The notes beneath the pieces were generated by a model. It was not told the origin of the DNA. It saw nothing but the letters and a program-made list of their open reading frames with translations, and searched no databases. DNA of 59,178 nt, counting the filler. It is 5 parts of 5 records of this genome, joined end to end, with 100 filler letters (N's around TTAATTAATTAA, not from the genome) between each part and the next. Parts side by side here need not be neighbours in the genome. Positions count along the whole stretch, not along the records: positions 1 to 17,499 come from SRR2962707_1700; 4 more parts are not named here. One strand, written 5' to 3'. Of this stretch, positions 1 through 9,052 are shown piece by piece. The translations under genes were made by a program, and so were the position numbers. Each line of letters begins with the position of its first letter. Within the stretch, counting starts at the first letter, position 1.

Positions 1-483
1 CCACTGGTCCCAGCACACCAGCACGCCCAGCTTGCCGACGCTGGTCTGAATCGGCGTGAAACCGGAGTGGCCGTCATTGAAAGTGGCATCACCGGGGGTG
101 AAGTAGAATTTCTCGTAGAACCCGGGGTCGTCGGGGATGTGCATCTTGCGATAGATGCCCGCCAGGGTTCCGTCCCGTTCCAGCACCACCGCAGTGTTGT
201 GGTAGAGGCCGGCGGCGCGTTTTTCGAACAGACTGCCGACGATGACGATGTTCAGTTCCCGGGCCAGAGCGCCGAGCCGTTCGGTGCTGGGGCCGGGGAT
301 CGGCTCGGCCAGGTCGAACACCGACGTGTCCTCGGTCTGGCAGAAATAGAGACTGCGGTGCAGTTCCTGCAGCAGCACCAGTTCGGCCCCTTCGGCGGCG
401 GCCTGACGCACCAGTTCCAGGGACCGATTCAGGTTGGCTTCCAGGTCGTTGCCGTTGCTTTGTTGAACGATAGCGATCCTCAT
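1..483 (-). CDS. aguB: Carbon-nitrogen hydrolase, N-carbamoylputrescine amidase-like (3' truncated by window edge)
   Basis: Not in ORF track. Hand translation from ATG 483: MRIAIVQQ...LVLLQELH...YRKMHIPDDPGFYEKFYF...GVLVCWDQW, giving the nitrilase Glu-Lys-Cys triad. Lies directly downstream of agmatine deiminase. Confidence 0.88.
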   Translation of the reverse strand, partial: MRIAIVQQSNGNDLEANLNRSLELVRQAAAEGAELVLLQELHRSLYFCQTEDTSVFDLAEPIPGPSTERLGALARELNIVIVGSLFEKRAAGLYHNTAVVLERDGTLAGIYRKMHIPDDPGFYEKFYFTPGDATFNDGHSGFTPIQTSVGKLGVLVCWDQW

Positions 484-484
484 G

Positions 485-1498
485 TCAGTCCTCCAGCACG
501 CCTTCCGGTAATTGCATGGTAACGCAATGCAGGCTGCCGCCCTGTTCGATCAGGGCGCGGCAGGGAATGCCGATCACCGGCCGGCTGCCCGCCGCCTGTT
601 GCAGCGCGGCCAGCGCCGCTTCATCGGTGGGGCATTGGTAGGTGGGCATCAGAATCGCCTGATTGGTGATCAGGAAGTTGGCATAGGTGGCGGGCAATCG
701 CTCGCGGTCGTCATTGTACTGCGACGACACCATTGGCAACGGTGCCAGCGTCAAACCATTCTGCTCGGCCAGTATTTGAAGTTCCCGTTCCATGGCCGCC
801 AGGGCGGGGTAGTGGCTGTCGCCGTCGTCCTGACACTGTACGTAGGCGATGGTGGTGGGATTGACGAAGCGGGCCAGTGTATCCACGTGGGCGTCGGTGT
901 CGTCGCCTTCCAGATGACCGTGTTCCAGCCACCAGATGCGGTCCACGCCAAGATGCTCGCGCAGCGCCGCTTCCAGGGCCTGGTCATCCAGATCCGGATT
1001 ACGATTGGGGTGGCCCAGGCAATGACGGGTGGTGAGCAGCGTGCCCTGGCCATCGGTGTCGATGGAGCCGCCTTCCAGAACCAGCCCGACACCCTCCACG
1101 GGAACCCGCCAGGACAGACGGCGATTGAGGGCGTTGTCGCGCTCCGCCGGGAATTTGCCGCCCCAGCCGTTGAAGCGGAAATCCAACAGGCGCAAGCCGT
1201 CGTCGTCGGCCACCGCGATGGGACCAAAATCCCGCGCCCAGGTGTCGTCATAATCGGCGTGCACTACCCGCAGCCGCGCCAGGTTGGCGCCGGCGGCGCC
1301 CAGACACTCACGGGCACGGGCCTCCACCGCCGTGTCGCGGCACAGCAGCAGTACGTTTTCATGGCCGAGAATGGCGCCGATCAGGGCGGTGAAGCTCTGT
1401 TCGGCCTCTTCCAGCAGTCGGGCCCAGTCGGTATTGGCGTCCGGCCAGGCCAGGAGTACGCCCCATTGAGGATGCCATTCGGGAAGCAGGCGGCGCAT
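485..1498 (-). CDS. aguA: Agmatine deiminase / peptidylarginine deiminase family protein
   Basis: Motifs LPEWHPQ, DTWARDFGP, FNGWGGKF, LEGGSIDTDG, DDTDAHVD, TYANF, GGSLHCVTMQ. Start placed at ATG 1498 (MRRLLPEW). Confidence 0.92.
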   Translation of the reverse strand: MRRLLPEWHPQWGVLLAWPDANTDWARLLEEAEQSFTALIGAILGHENVLLLCRDTAVEARARECLGAAGANLARLRVVHADYDDTWARDFGPIAVADDDGLRLLDFRFNGWGGKFPAERDNALNRRLSWRVPVEGVGLVLEGGSIDTDGQGTLLTTRHCLGHPNRNPDLDDQALEAALREHLGVDRIWWLEHGHLEGDDTDAHVDTLARFVNPTTIAYVQCQDDGDSHYPALAAMERELQILAEQNGLTLAPLPMVSSQYNDDRERLPATYANFLITNQAILMPTYQCPTDEAALAALQQAAGSRPVIGIPCRALIEQGGSLHCVTMQLPEGVLED

Positions 1499-1590
1499 GA
1501 TATCGGGTTCCAAAAAGGGATGGCCCGCGATTGTGGTATCGCCCGAAGGCGCCGTCAACTGGCCCGATGTCGTGGCCTCCGGTGTGGGGT

Positions 1591-1659
1591 ATTCACTTGC
1601 AGGCTGGCTCCCACAACGGTTCCGCAGGGCAGATTGTGGGAGCCAGCCTGCTGGCGAAT
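1591..1659. repeat. Inverted REP doublet (REPIN-like), GTGG-headed
   Basis: GCAGGCTGGCTCCCACAA (1599-1616) and TTGTGGGAGCCAGCCTGC (1634-1651) form a perfect 18-bp inverted repeat. The right unit has the internal palindrome GCCAGC-CT-GCTGGC. A related unit is at 17477-17499. Confidence 0.8.
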
Positions 1660-1673
1660 GTCGATCGACGGTC

Positions 1674-2183
1674 TTACTGGCGCGCCGCCCCGCCGCTCTG
1701 ATCCGTGGTCGGACGGTCGTCTATGACAATGCGCCCGGTGACCGGATCGAAGCGGAATTGGCCGTCGTCACCGCCGTCCTCCGCCTCGCTGGCGGTATCG
1801 TCGCGCGGTGCCGTCGATGGGGTGGCGCCGTCCCGCTCGGGTGCGGCAGCGGGGGGCGGGGGAGAGGGTTCCGCGTTTCCGGCGCCGTCGCCGGGATGCC
1901 TGTCTTCGGTATCGCCGGCGTCATTGGCCGGCCTGGCGTTGTCCGCGGTCTCATTCAAGGGCCGGGTGACGCTGTGCAGCACCACCTGATTCTCGAAGTA
2001 AACGGTGTAGTCCGGATAGACCCAGCGGCTGATCGGTGGCTGGCCCACCGGCCCCCTGGTGTCCACCGGGGTGCCGAACTGCGCGCGCACCTGGGCCTGG
2101 GTCATGCCACGCTGTGGCGCCTCCCCGGCCAGTACCAGGCCGCCCCCCGCCAGCGCCAGCAGCGCCACGACGATTCTTATCAT
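1674..2183 (-). CDS. Exported small protein, SmpA/BamE-like domain plus acidic/Pro-rich tail
   Basis: Signal peptide MIRIVVALLALAGGGLVLA, then PQRGMTQAQVRAQFGTP...PPISRWVYPDYTVYFE, then a low-complexity tail. Confidence 0.7.
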   Translation of the reverse strand: MIRIVVALLALAGGGLVLAGEAPQRGMTQAQVRAQFGTPVDTRGPVGQPPISRWVYPDYTVYFENQVVLHSVTRPLNETADNARPANDAGDTEDRHPGDGAGNAEPSPPPPAAAPERDGATPSTAPRDDTASEAEDGGDDGQFRFDPVTGRIVIDDRPTTDQSGGAARQ

Positions 2184-2381
2184 GGTGTGTCCCCCAACAA
2201 CATAAAAAAGGAATCCGGCCTGGCGACAGTGGCCACCGGATCAATAAAAACGCGGATCATTGAATCAATTGTGATTTGCATGGTCGAGGATACTGGTCAC
2301 AAAGCGAGTTGAGGTGATCCGACCAGGGGACGGAACCGAAAGCAGTTTCGTCATTTCGGCAATAGTGCTTAAATGCGCGCC

Positions 2382-3617
2382 ATGTTTCGACCATTCTCTC
2401 TCTATGTCGGCCTGCGTTACACCGGTGCCCGGGCCCGCAACAGTTTTATTTCCGTTATCACGCTGATTTCGGCCCTGGGGCTGATGTTGGGGGTGGCGGT
2501 ATTGATCACCGTGCTGTCGGTGATGAACGGTTTTGACCGGGAACTGCAGACCCGCATCCTTGGCATGGTGACGCACCTGTCGGTATACGGACGCGAACCG
2601 GTCAACGACTGGCAGCAGCTGGCGGATCAGATCGAAGGCTATCCCGGGGTGGAGGCCGTGGCCCCGTTCCGGCAGTTGGAAGGCATGCTGACCTTTGACG
2701 GCAACGTGGCCGGGGCGCTGATTTCCGGGATCGAGCCGGAGGCGGAACGCCAGGTGTCGATCGTCGGTGACATGATGTGGGAAGGGGATTTCGATGCCCT
2801 GCAGTCCGGTAGTTTCGGCGTCGTGCTGGGCTATGGCGTGGCCCGCAAGCTGGATGCGGAACTGGGTGACAAAGTCACTCTGGTACTGCCGGAGGCAACG
2901 GTGTCGCCGGCGGGCGTGATGCCGCGTTTCAAACGGTTCACGGTGGTGGGGATATTCCGCGCCCGCGCCGAGGTGGACTCACTCTACGCCTACGTCAACG
3001 TGGAAGACGCGGCCCGCCTGGCGCGACAGCCGGGCTCCGTGGAAGGGGTGCATCTGCGGCTCAATGATTTATTCGCCGCCCCTCAGGTGGGCTGGGAGCT
3101 GCAGCAGAGCCTTGGCTACGGTTACTACACCAGTGATTGGACCCGTACCCACGGCAACCTGTTCCAGGCCATCAAGATGGAAAAAACCATGATGACGCTG
3201 TTGCTCAGCTTTATCGTCGCGGTGGCCGCCTTCAACATCATTTCCAGCCAGGTGATGCTGGTCACCGAAAAGCGCGGCAATATCGCGGTGATGCGCACGC
3301 TGGGCGCGTCCCCCGGCGCGATCATGCGGATCTTCATGGTGCAGGGCACCGTGGTGGGCATGGTCGGCACCTTGCTTGGCACGGTGCTGGGGATCCTGCT
3401 GGCGGATAACGTCAGCACTCTGGCGCAATGGATCGAGCGCACTTTCAACACTCATCTGTTCGACGCTTATTTCGTCAACTACCTGCCGTCCGAGTTGCAG
3501 TGGAGTGATGTGGGCATCATCGTCGCCATCGCTTTGCTGATCAGTTTCTCGGCCACCTTGTATCCGTCCTGGCGCGCCAGCCGGGTCCATCCGGCGGAGG
3601 CATTGCGCTATGAATGA
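2382..3617 (+). CDS. lolE: Lipoprotein-releasing ABC transporter permease (LolC/E family)
   Basis: SFISVITLIS...[43 protein letters not shown]. Overlaps the lolD start. Confidence 0.92.
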   Translation: MFRPFSLYVGLRYTGARARNSFISVITLISALGLMLGVAVLITVLSVMNGFDRELQTRILGMVTHLSVYGREPVNDWQQLADQIEGYPGVEAVAPFRQLEGMLTFDGNVAGALISGIEPEAERQVSIVGDMMWEGDFDALQSGSFGVVLGYGVARKLDAELGDKVTLVLPEATVSPAGVMPRFKRFTVVGIFRARAEVDSLYAYVNVEDAARLARQPGSVEGVHLRLNDLFAAPQVGWELQQSLGYGYYTSDWTRTHGNLFQAIKMEKTMMTLLLSFIVAVAAFNIISSQVMLVTEKRGNIAVMRTLGASPGAIMRIFMVQGTVVGMVGTLLGTVLGILLADNVSTLAQWIERTFNTHLFDAYFVNYLPSELQWSDVGIIVAIALLISFSATLYPSWRASRVHPAEALRYE

Positions 3618-4293
3618 TACCGTTCTGCACGCCCGTGGGCTGATCAAGAGCTATCAGGAAGGGCGCGGCGAGCTGCAGGTGCTCAATGGCGTGGAGCTGC
3701 ATGTGCGGCGCGGGGATATGGCGGCCATCGTTGGTGCCTCGGGTTCCGGCAAGTCCACCTTGTTGAACCTGCTCGGCGGTCTGGATGTGCCGACCCGTGG
3801 CAGCGTCACCATTGGCGGTCAGCCGTTGGCGGGGATGAACGAACGGGCGTTGGGGCAGATACGCAACCGTTATCTTGGCTTCGTCTACCAGTTCCATCAT
3901 TTGTTACCGGAGTTCACCGCTCTGGAAAATGTGGCCATGCCGCTGCTGATTCGCGGTGAGCTGCCGAAACACGCCACCGAGCGCGCCGAGCGGGTACTGT
4001 CCCGGGTGGGGCTGGGTGAACGCCTGCAACACAAGCCTTCCATGCTCAGCGGTGGTGAGCGGCAGCGGGTGGCGATCGCCCGCGCGCTGGTGACCGATCC
4101 GGCGCTGGTGATGGCGGATGAGCCCACCGGCAACCTGGACGAGCGCACCGCAGCCCAGGTCCAGGACCTGATGCTGGAACTCAATCAGACGCTGGGCACG
4201 GCTTTCCTGCTGGTGACCCACGCGCCGGATTTCGCCAGCCGTTGTCATACCCGCCATGAGCTGCACGACGGTTTGCTCAGGCCGCTGGATTAA
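3610..4293 (+). CDS. lolD: Lipoprotein-releasing ABC transporter ATP-binding protein
   Basis: Walker A GASGSGKS, LolD motif [33 protein letters not shown]. Confidence 0.95.
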   Translation: MNDTVLHARGLIKSYQEGRGELQVLNGVELHVRRGDMAAIVGASGSGKSTLLNLLGGLDVPTRGSVTIGGQPLAGMNERALGQIRNRYLGFVYQFHHLLPEFTALENVAMPLLIRGELPKHATERAERVLSRVGLGERLQHKPSMLSGGERQRVAIARALVTDPALVMADEPTGNLDERTAAQVQDLMLELNQTLGTAFLLVTHAPDFASRCHTRHELHDGLLRPLD

Positions 4294-4305
4294 GGTTTCC
4301 CGAGA

Positions 4306-4359
4306 CAAAAAAAATCGCGGTCCTCTTTCTTCATACAGGAAAGGACCGCGATTTTTTTG
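4306..4359. terminator. Bidirectional intrinsic terminator between convergent lolD and betT
   Basis: CAAAAAAAATCGCGGTCCT ... AGGACCGCGATTTTTTTG stem with A- and T-tracts on both sides. Confidence 0.8.
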
Positions 4360-4365
4360 CATTGG

Positions 4366-4387
4366 AAAAGCGGGCCCGAAGGCCCGC
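4366..4387 (-). terminator. Intrinsic terminator after betT
   Basis: Minus strand reads GCGGGCC-TTCG-GGCCCGC-TTTT, 4 nt after the betT stop. Confidence 0.75.
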
Positions 4388-4391
4388 CGTC

Positions 4392-6425
4392 TCACCGCAT
4401 CATGTGCAGGAAGTGCATGTGCTTCTCGTACTGGTCGAGCACATCACCGATGACCTGCTCGCGGGTGAAGCCCATCAGATCGTAGTCCTGACCGCCTTCG
4501 CTGAGGAACACATCGGCGCGATAGTAGCGGTCGCTTTCCGCCTTGCGCTTGGAGTGTTCCAACTGACGCATGCTGATGGACGGCCGGGTGTAGCCGCGTA
4601 CCCGCACGCCGTAGACGAAGTCCATTTCCTGGCCCAGATCCACGGTCAGATAGACCCGATCCCCTTCGTCGCTCTCGTTGACCTCCACCTTGAGGCCATG
4701 GCCACGCAGTTCCTCGGCCACTGATTGCAGTGCCGGAGCGGCCACCTCTGCCACGTATTGCAGAACCCGTGCCTTGCCGGGGAAATGGACCATGCCGCGC
4801 AGTCGGGCTTTCCAGCCGCCGGCGGGAGTGCTGTGGCCCATGTGCACGGTGGGCGGTGGTGCCAGCGACGCCTGGAAGCTGAGCTTGCGAATGCCTTCCA
4901 CCTTGAGTGACCGCAGCAGGCCGACACAGGCCACCAGCAGCACTACCGAGAACGGAAGCGCCAGAGCAATGGTGGCGGACTGTAGCGCGCCGAGGCCGCC
5001 GGCGAGCATTAGCGCGATGGCCACGATCCCCTCGGAACTGGCCCAGAACACCCGCTGCCATACCGGTGTGTCGTCGTGTCCGCCGGAGGCGAGCATGTCG
5101 ACGACCATGGAACCGGAATCGGAAGAGGTAACAAAGAACACCACCACCATCAGAGTGGCGATGGAGGACACCAGGCCGGACCAGGGGAACTGTTCCAGGA
5201 AGTGGAACAACGCCACCGCTTCGTCCGCTTTCACCTGGGCGCCCAGGTTCTCGTAGACGCCGGTGAGAATCATATTGATGGCGGTATCGCCGAACACGGT
5301 CATCCAGAACAGGGTGAAGGCGGCGGGGACCAGCATCACGCCGAGCGCGAATTCGCGAATGGTGCGGCCGCGCGAGATACGGGCGATGAACATACCGACG
5401 AACGGCGACCAGGAAATCCACCAGCCCCAGTAGAACAGGGTCCAGCCACTGATCCAGCCTTGCGGTCCGCCACCGTCCTCGGCCACGGGCTGGTAGGCGT
5501 AGAGGTTGAAGGTCATATCCACCAGAGTGGACAGATAGGAACCCAGGTTCTGCACGTAGGTTTTCAGCAGGAACAGGGTCGGGCCCAGACAGAGCACGAA
5601 CATCAACAGCAGGAAGGCGAGCGCCAGATTCAGTTCCGAGAGCCGGCGTATCCCGGCGTCCAGGCCGGTGACCACCGATAAGGTGGCCAGCGCGGTGATG
5701 GAGATGATCAGCACCACCCTCATGTTCTCGGTGTCGGGCAGATCAAACAAGTAGTGGAGGCCGGCGTTGACCTGTTCCACGCCAAGGCCGAGAGACGTAG
5801 CCACGCCGAACACCGTCCCGACCACCGCGAAGATGTCCACCAGGTGCCCCCAGAACCCGTAAATGCGTTTGCCGATCAGGGGGTATAGCGCGGATCGTAG
5901 TGTCAGAGGCAAACCGTGACGGAAGCTGAAGTAACCGAGGATCATCGCCACCACGGCGTAGATGGACCAGGCATGCAACCCCCAATGGAAGAAGGTGATG
6001 CGCATGGCCTCCTTGGCGGCATCGATGGTGCCGGGTTCGGCCATTGGTGGCGACATGTAATGCAACACCGGCTCGGCCACGCCATAGAACATCAGGCCGA
6101 TACCCATGCCGGCGGAAAACAGCATGGCGAACCAGGACGCGTAACTGTAGTCCGGCTCGGAATGATCCGGCCCGAGCTTGATATCGCCGTAGCGGCTGAC
6201 GATTAAAAACACCACCAACGCGAGAATAATTGCAACGGTGAGAATGTAAAACCAACTGGCGTATTGGGTAACACCTGTCTTGAGATCACCGAAGAATTCA
6301 GCGGCGGGTTTTTTGAATAAAACCGAAAACAGCACCAGACCGACAATAATGACGACGGAGGTGATAAAAACCGGCGGATTAATTTTGAGGTTCGAGGAAA
6401 CCTCTTCAGTGGGATTGGAGTCCAT
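4392..6425 (-). CDS. betT: BCCT family choline/glycine betaine transporter with long C-terminal domain
   Basis: SWFAMLFSAGMGIGLMFYGVAEP, FFHWGLHAW, WTLFYWGWWISWSPFVGMFIARISRGRTIREF, and a BetT-type C-terminus YYRADVFLSEGGQDYDLMG. Confidence 0.93.
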   Translation of the reverse strand: MDSNPTEEVSSNLKINPPVFITSVVIIVGLVLFSVLFKKPAAEFFGDLKTGVTQYASWFYILTVAIILALVVFLIVSRYGDIKLGPDHSEPDYSYASWFAMLFSAGMGIGLMFYGVAEPVLHYMSPPMAEPGTIDAAKEAMRITFFHWGLHAWSIYAVVAMILGYFSFRHGLPLTLRSALYPLIGKRIYGFWGHLVDIFAVVGTVFGVATSLGLGVEQVNAGLHYLFDLPDTENMRVVLIISITALATLSVVTGLDAGIRRLSELNLALAFLLLMFVLCLGPTLFLLKTYVQNLGSYLSTLVDMTFNLYAYQPVAEDGGGPQGWISGWTLFYWGWWISWSPFVGMFIARISRGRTIREFALGVMLVPAAFTLFWMTVFGDTAINMILTGVYENLGAQVKADEAVALFHFLEQFPWSGLVSSIATLMVVVFFVTSSDSGSMVVDMLASGGHDDTPVWQRVFWASSEGIVAIALMLAGGLGALQSATIALALPFSVVLLVACVGLLRSLKVEGIRKLSFQASLAPPPTVHMGHSTPAGGWKARLRGMVHFPGKARVLQYVAEVAAPALQSVAEELRGHGLKVEVNESDEGDRVYLTVDLGQEMDFVYGVRVRGYTRPSISMRQLEHSKRKAESDRYYRADVFLSEGGQDYDLMGFTREQVIGDVLDQYEKHMHFLHMMR

Positions 6426-6534
6426 GCAGGTTCCTTATCCTGGAGAAAATCAGTACTGCGATTTTTTCTTAACAATCAGAAAAATAGTTCGTACCCTGGA
6501 ACAGGGTAACAATTTGAGGTGGGAGCGTCGAATG

Positions 6535-6762
6535 AAGGCAGTTAATAGGGAACAGTGAATAGTTAACAGCGAAAATCAAAAACATTGCGTAGCCGGGGGA
6601 CGATTGAGTATCGATAACGTCTGGCCGCAGCCGTGAAGCGGCTTGTTTTCTTGATGACGATAATGTCGCGCAGGGCTTTGGACGCGGCCTCTGTACTATC
6701 TGCGTGGAAGGATCTGCCACGCGAAACTATTCACTATTCATTGTTCCTTATTAACTGCTTTT
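6535..6762. repeat. Intergenic element bounded by inverted heptamer tandem arrays (MITE-like)
   Basis: Plus strand 6535-6568: AAGGCA-GTTAATA-GGGAACA-GTGAATA-GTTAACA. Minus strand 6761-6727: AAAGCA-GTTAATA-AGGAACA-ATGAATA-GTGAATA-G. Internal hairpin GCGTGG-N9-CCACGC near 6702-6722. Confidence 0.7.
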
Positions 6763-8084
6763 CACAGTCTCCCCGCCCGTTTCAAAGCCAGATAGGTCTG
6801 CCCAAGGCGTTCGGCGAGGCGTTCCGGGGTGGCGGCGACCACGTTGGCGCCGGCGCGGCGCAGGCGCACGTGCAGAGCTCTCCGGTGCTCTTGTTCCTGG
6901 GCATCCGCCGCCAGCCGCAGGGCATCGTCCAGGTCCTGGACCGGCGCCTGGTGCAGGGCTTCCTGCTCGGGCAGGCGGATGTCCGCCACCATCACCAGAT
7001 GGCGCCGGCTCAGTAGCGTCACGGCGGCAAGCAGATCGTCGCTGTCCTCCGGGTGCAGCCGGCTGACCAGCACCACCAGCGAGCGGCGTTGCCAGCGGCC
7101 GTGGAAATAGCGGGCGGCCTGGCTGAAGTCGCTGGCGTGCTCCTGGGGATGAACGTCGTAGAAGCCTTTCAGCAGGGTTTGAATGCCGCTGGGCCCGTGT
7201 ACCGGCGACAGCCAGCGCGGGGTGTCCCGGGAGAACAGCAGACTGCCCACCCGGTCGCCCTGGCGCAGTGCCGACCAGGCCAGCAGCAAGGTGGCGTTGA
7301 GCCCATGGTCGAACAGGGTCAGATCGCCCACCGGCAGCTTCATTCGCCGCCCGGCATCGAGCAGCACCCACAGGCTCTGGTTCTGTTCATCCTGGTAGTG
7401 ACGGGTGATCAGATGACGGCGGCGGGCGCTGGCTTTCCAGTCGATGCGGCGCGGGCTGTCACCGGGCTGATATTCCCGCAGTTCGTGAAATTCCAGGCCC
7501 TGGCCGCGGCGCGGTTGCTGGCGGTTGCCAAAGCGCAGCTGGCTTTTATCCACCGCCAGGGCCGCCCGGGCGATGGGGGAGAAGTCCGGATACACCGGTA
7601 CGGTGCGGGCGGCGGCTACCCGGCGGCGGCCTTGCCACAGGCGCGCCGGGGACGGCAGCCACACTTCGATGTCGCCGAACGCCACCGGGCCGCGCCGGGA
7701 GGGGCGGTAGCGGTAGCGGACCTCGGTGATGTCCGCCGCCAGGGTCACTTCCCGGGGCAGACCGGTGTGGCTGTCGTCATCGGGGTGATGATCGGCCAGG
7801 TTCCAGATCTCACCGGGCCGCCCGCCGCTCAGACGCAATGTAATGGTCTGTGGCACCCCCACTGACAGAGCGGCGGGCAGTGAGCGCTCGGCGGCCGGTG
7901 CCGGACGGGCGCTCAGGCGCCGGGCATCCAGCACCGCCCATAACGCCAGTGCCAGGCCGGCCAGCACCCAGATCAGCAGGGCGCTGTCGCGCCATCCGGA
8001 GGCGAAGGCCGCCGCCAGCACCGGCAGCAGGCTCAACGCCGCCCAGCAGAGCAGAAGCAACAGCAGGCGTGACCCGGGTCTCAT
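6762..8084 (-). CDS. DUF58 domain protein (MoxR-associated, vWA-like)
   Basis: Two N-terminal TM helices, then GLEFHELREYQPGDSPRRIDWKASARR and LLDAGRRM. Overlaps the moxR stop (ATGA). Confidence 0.9.
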   Translation of the reverse strand: MRPGSRLLLLLLCWAALSLLPVLAAAFASGWRDSALLIWVLAGLALALWAVLDARRLSARPAPAAERSLPAALSVGVPQTITLRLSGGRPGEIWNLADHHPDDDSHTGLPREVTLAADITEVRYRYRPSRRGPVAFGDIEVWLPSPARLWQGRRRVAAARTVPVYPDFSPIARAALAVDKSQLRFGNRQQPRRGQGLEFHELREYQPGDSPRRIDWKASARRRHLITRHYQDEQNQSLWVLLDAGRRMKLPVGDLTLFDHGLNATLLLAWSALRQGDRVGSLLFSRDTPRWLSPVHGPSGIQTLLKGFYDVHPQEHASDFSQAARYFHGRWQRRSLVVLVSRLHPEDSDDLLAAVTLLSRRHLVMVADIRLPEQEALHQAPVQDLDDALRLAADAQEQEHRRALHVRLRRAGANVVAATPERLAERLGQTYLALKRAGRL

Positions 8085-9052
8085 TGACGCGGGGCCTCCA
8101 CTTGCTCGAGCAAGTGGGTCAGCACCGTCTCCACGGTCTGGCCTTCCAGTTCCGCGTCCACGCCCAGGCGCAGGCGATGGCGCAGCACCGGCGGCGCCAC
8201 CGCCTTGATGTCATCGGGAATGACGAAGTCACGGCCATCGAGCAGGGCGTAGCTTTTCGCCGCCCGGGCCAGGGCAATACTGGCACGCGGACTGGCGCCC
8301 TGAACCAGGGCCGGGTGATCGCGGGTGGCGCGGGCCAGGCGCAGCAGGTAATCGAGGATGGCGTCGTCCAGCAGCACCTGTTCCGCCCAGCGGCTCAAGG
8401 AGAGCACGCCGGCACTGTCGGTGACGGCACTGAGCCCGGCGTCGTCGAGGCTGTCCGCCAGGGTGCCGTCCAGCACCATGCGCAGCATCCGCGCCTCGTC
8501 TTCCTGTTCCGGGTAGCCGATCAGGATCTTGAACAGAAAACGGTCCAGCTCCGCCTCCGGCAACGGGTAGGTCCCTTCCTGGTCCAACGGGTTCTGGGTG
8601 GCCAGGACCACGAACGGCGGCGCCAGACTGAAGCTTTCGCCCTCGATGGTGATTTGCCGTTCCTGCATCACTTCCAGCAAGGCCGCCTGGGTCTTGGCCG
8701 GGGCCCGGTTGATCTCGTCCGCCAGCAGCAGATTGGTGAAGGCCGGCCCCTTGCGGATATGGAAGGTGGCGTTGCCGGCGTCATAGATGGCGTGGCCGGT
8801 GACATCGGTGGGCATCAGGTCCGGGGTGAACTGGATGCGCTGAAAATCGAGTTTCAGCACCCGCGCCAGGCTCCGCGCCAGCAGCGTTTTTCCCAGTCCC
8901 GGCACGCCTTCGATCAGCACGTGGCCACCGGTGATCAGGGCGATCAGCACCTGACGGGTGACTTCGGGCTGCCCGATCAGCACCCGATTCAGCTGCGCCT
9001 CGATGTCGGCGGCCAGGGCGGTGGCCTGTTCCAGGGTTTCAGCGGTTTTCAT
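8081..9052 (-). CDS. moxR: MoxR family AAA+ ATPase
   Basis: GHVLIEGVPGLGKT, RIQFTPDLMPTD, LLADEINRAPAKTQAALLEVMQE, ATQNPLDQEGTYPLPEAELDRF, GASPRAS. Start at ATG 9052 overlapping the upstream stop. Confidence 0.95.
   Translation of the reverse strand: MKTAETLEQATALAADIEAQLNRVLIGQPEVTRQVLIALITGGHVLIEGVPGLGKTLLARSLARVLKLDFQRIQFTPDLMPTDVTGHAIYDAGNATFHIRKGPAFTNLLLADEINRAPAKTQAALLEVMQERQITIEGESFSLAPPFVVLATQNPLDQEGTYPLPEAELDRFLFKILIGYPEQEDEARMLRMVLDGTLADSLDDAGLSAVTDSAGVLSLSRWAEQVLLDDAILDYLLRLARATRDHPALVQGASPRASIALARAAKSYALLDGRDFVIPDDIKAVAPPVLRHRLRLGVDAELEGQTVETVLTHLLEQVEAPRQ

Noticed and set aside
6535-6762. CRISPR array or RNA gene
   Set aside because: There is no repeat-spacer periodicity and no cas genes, and I recognise no tRNA or riboswitch fold.
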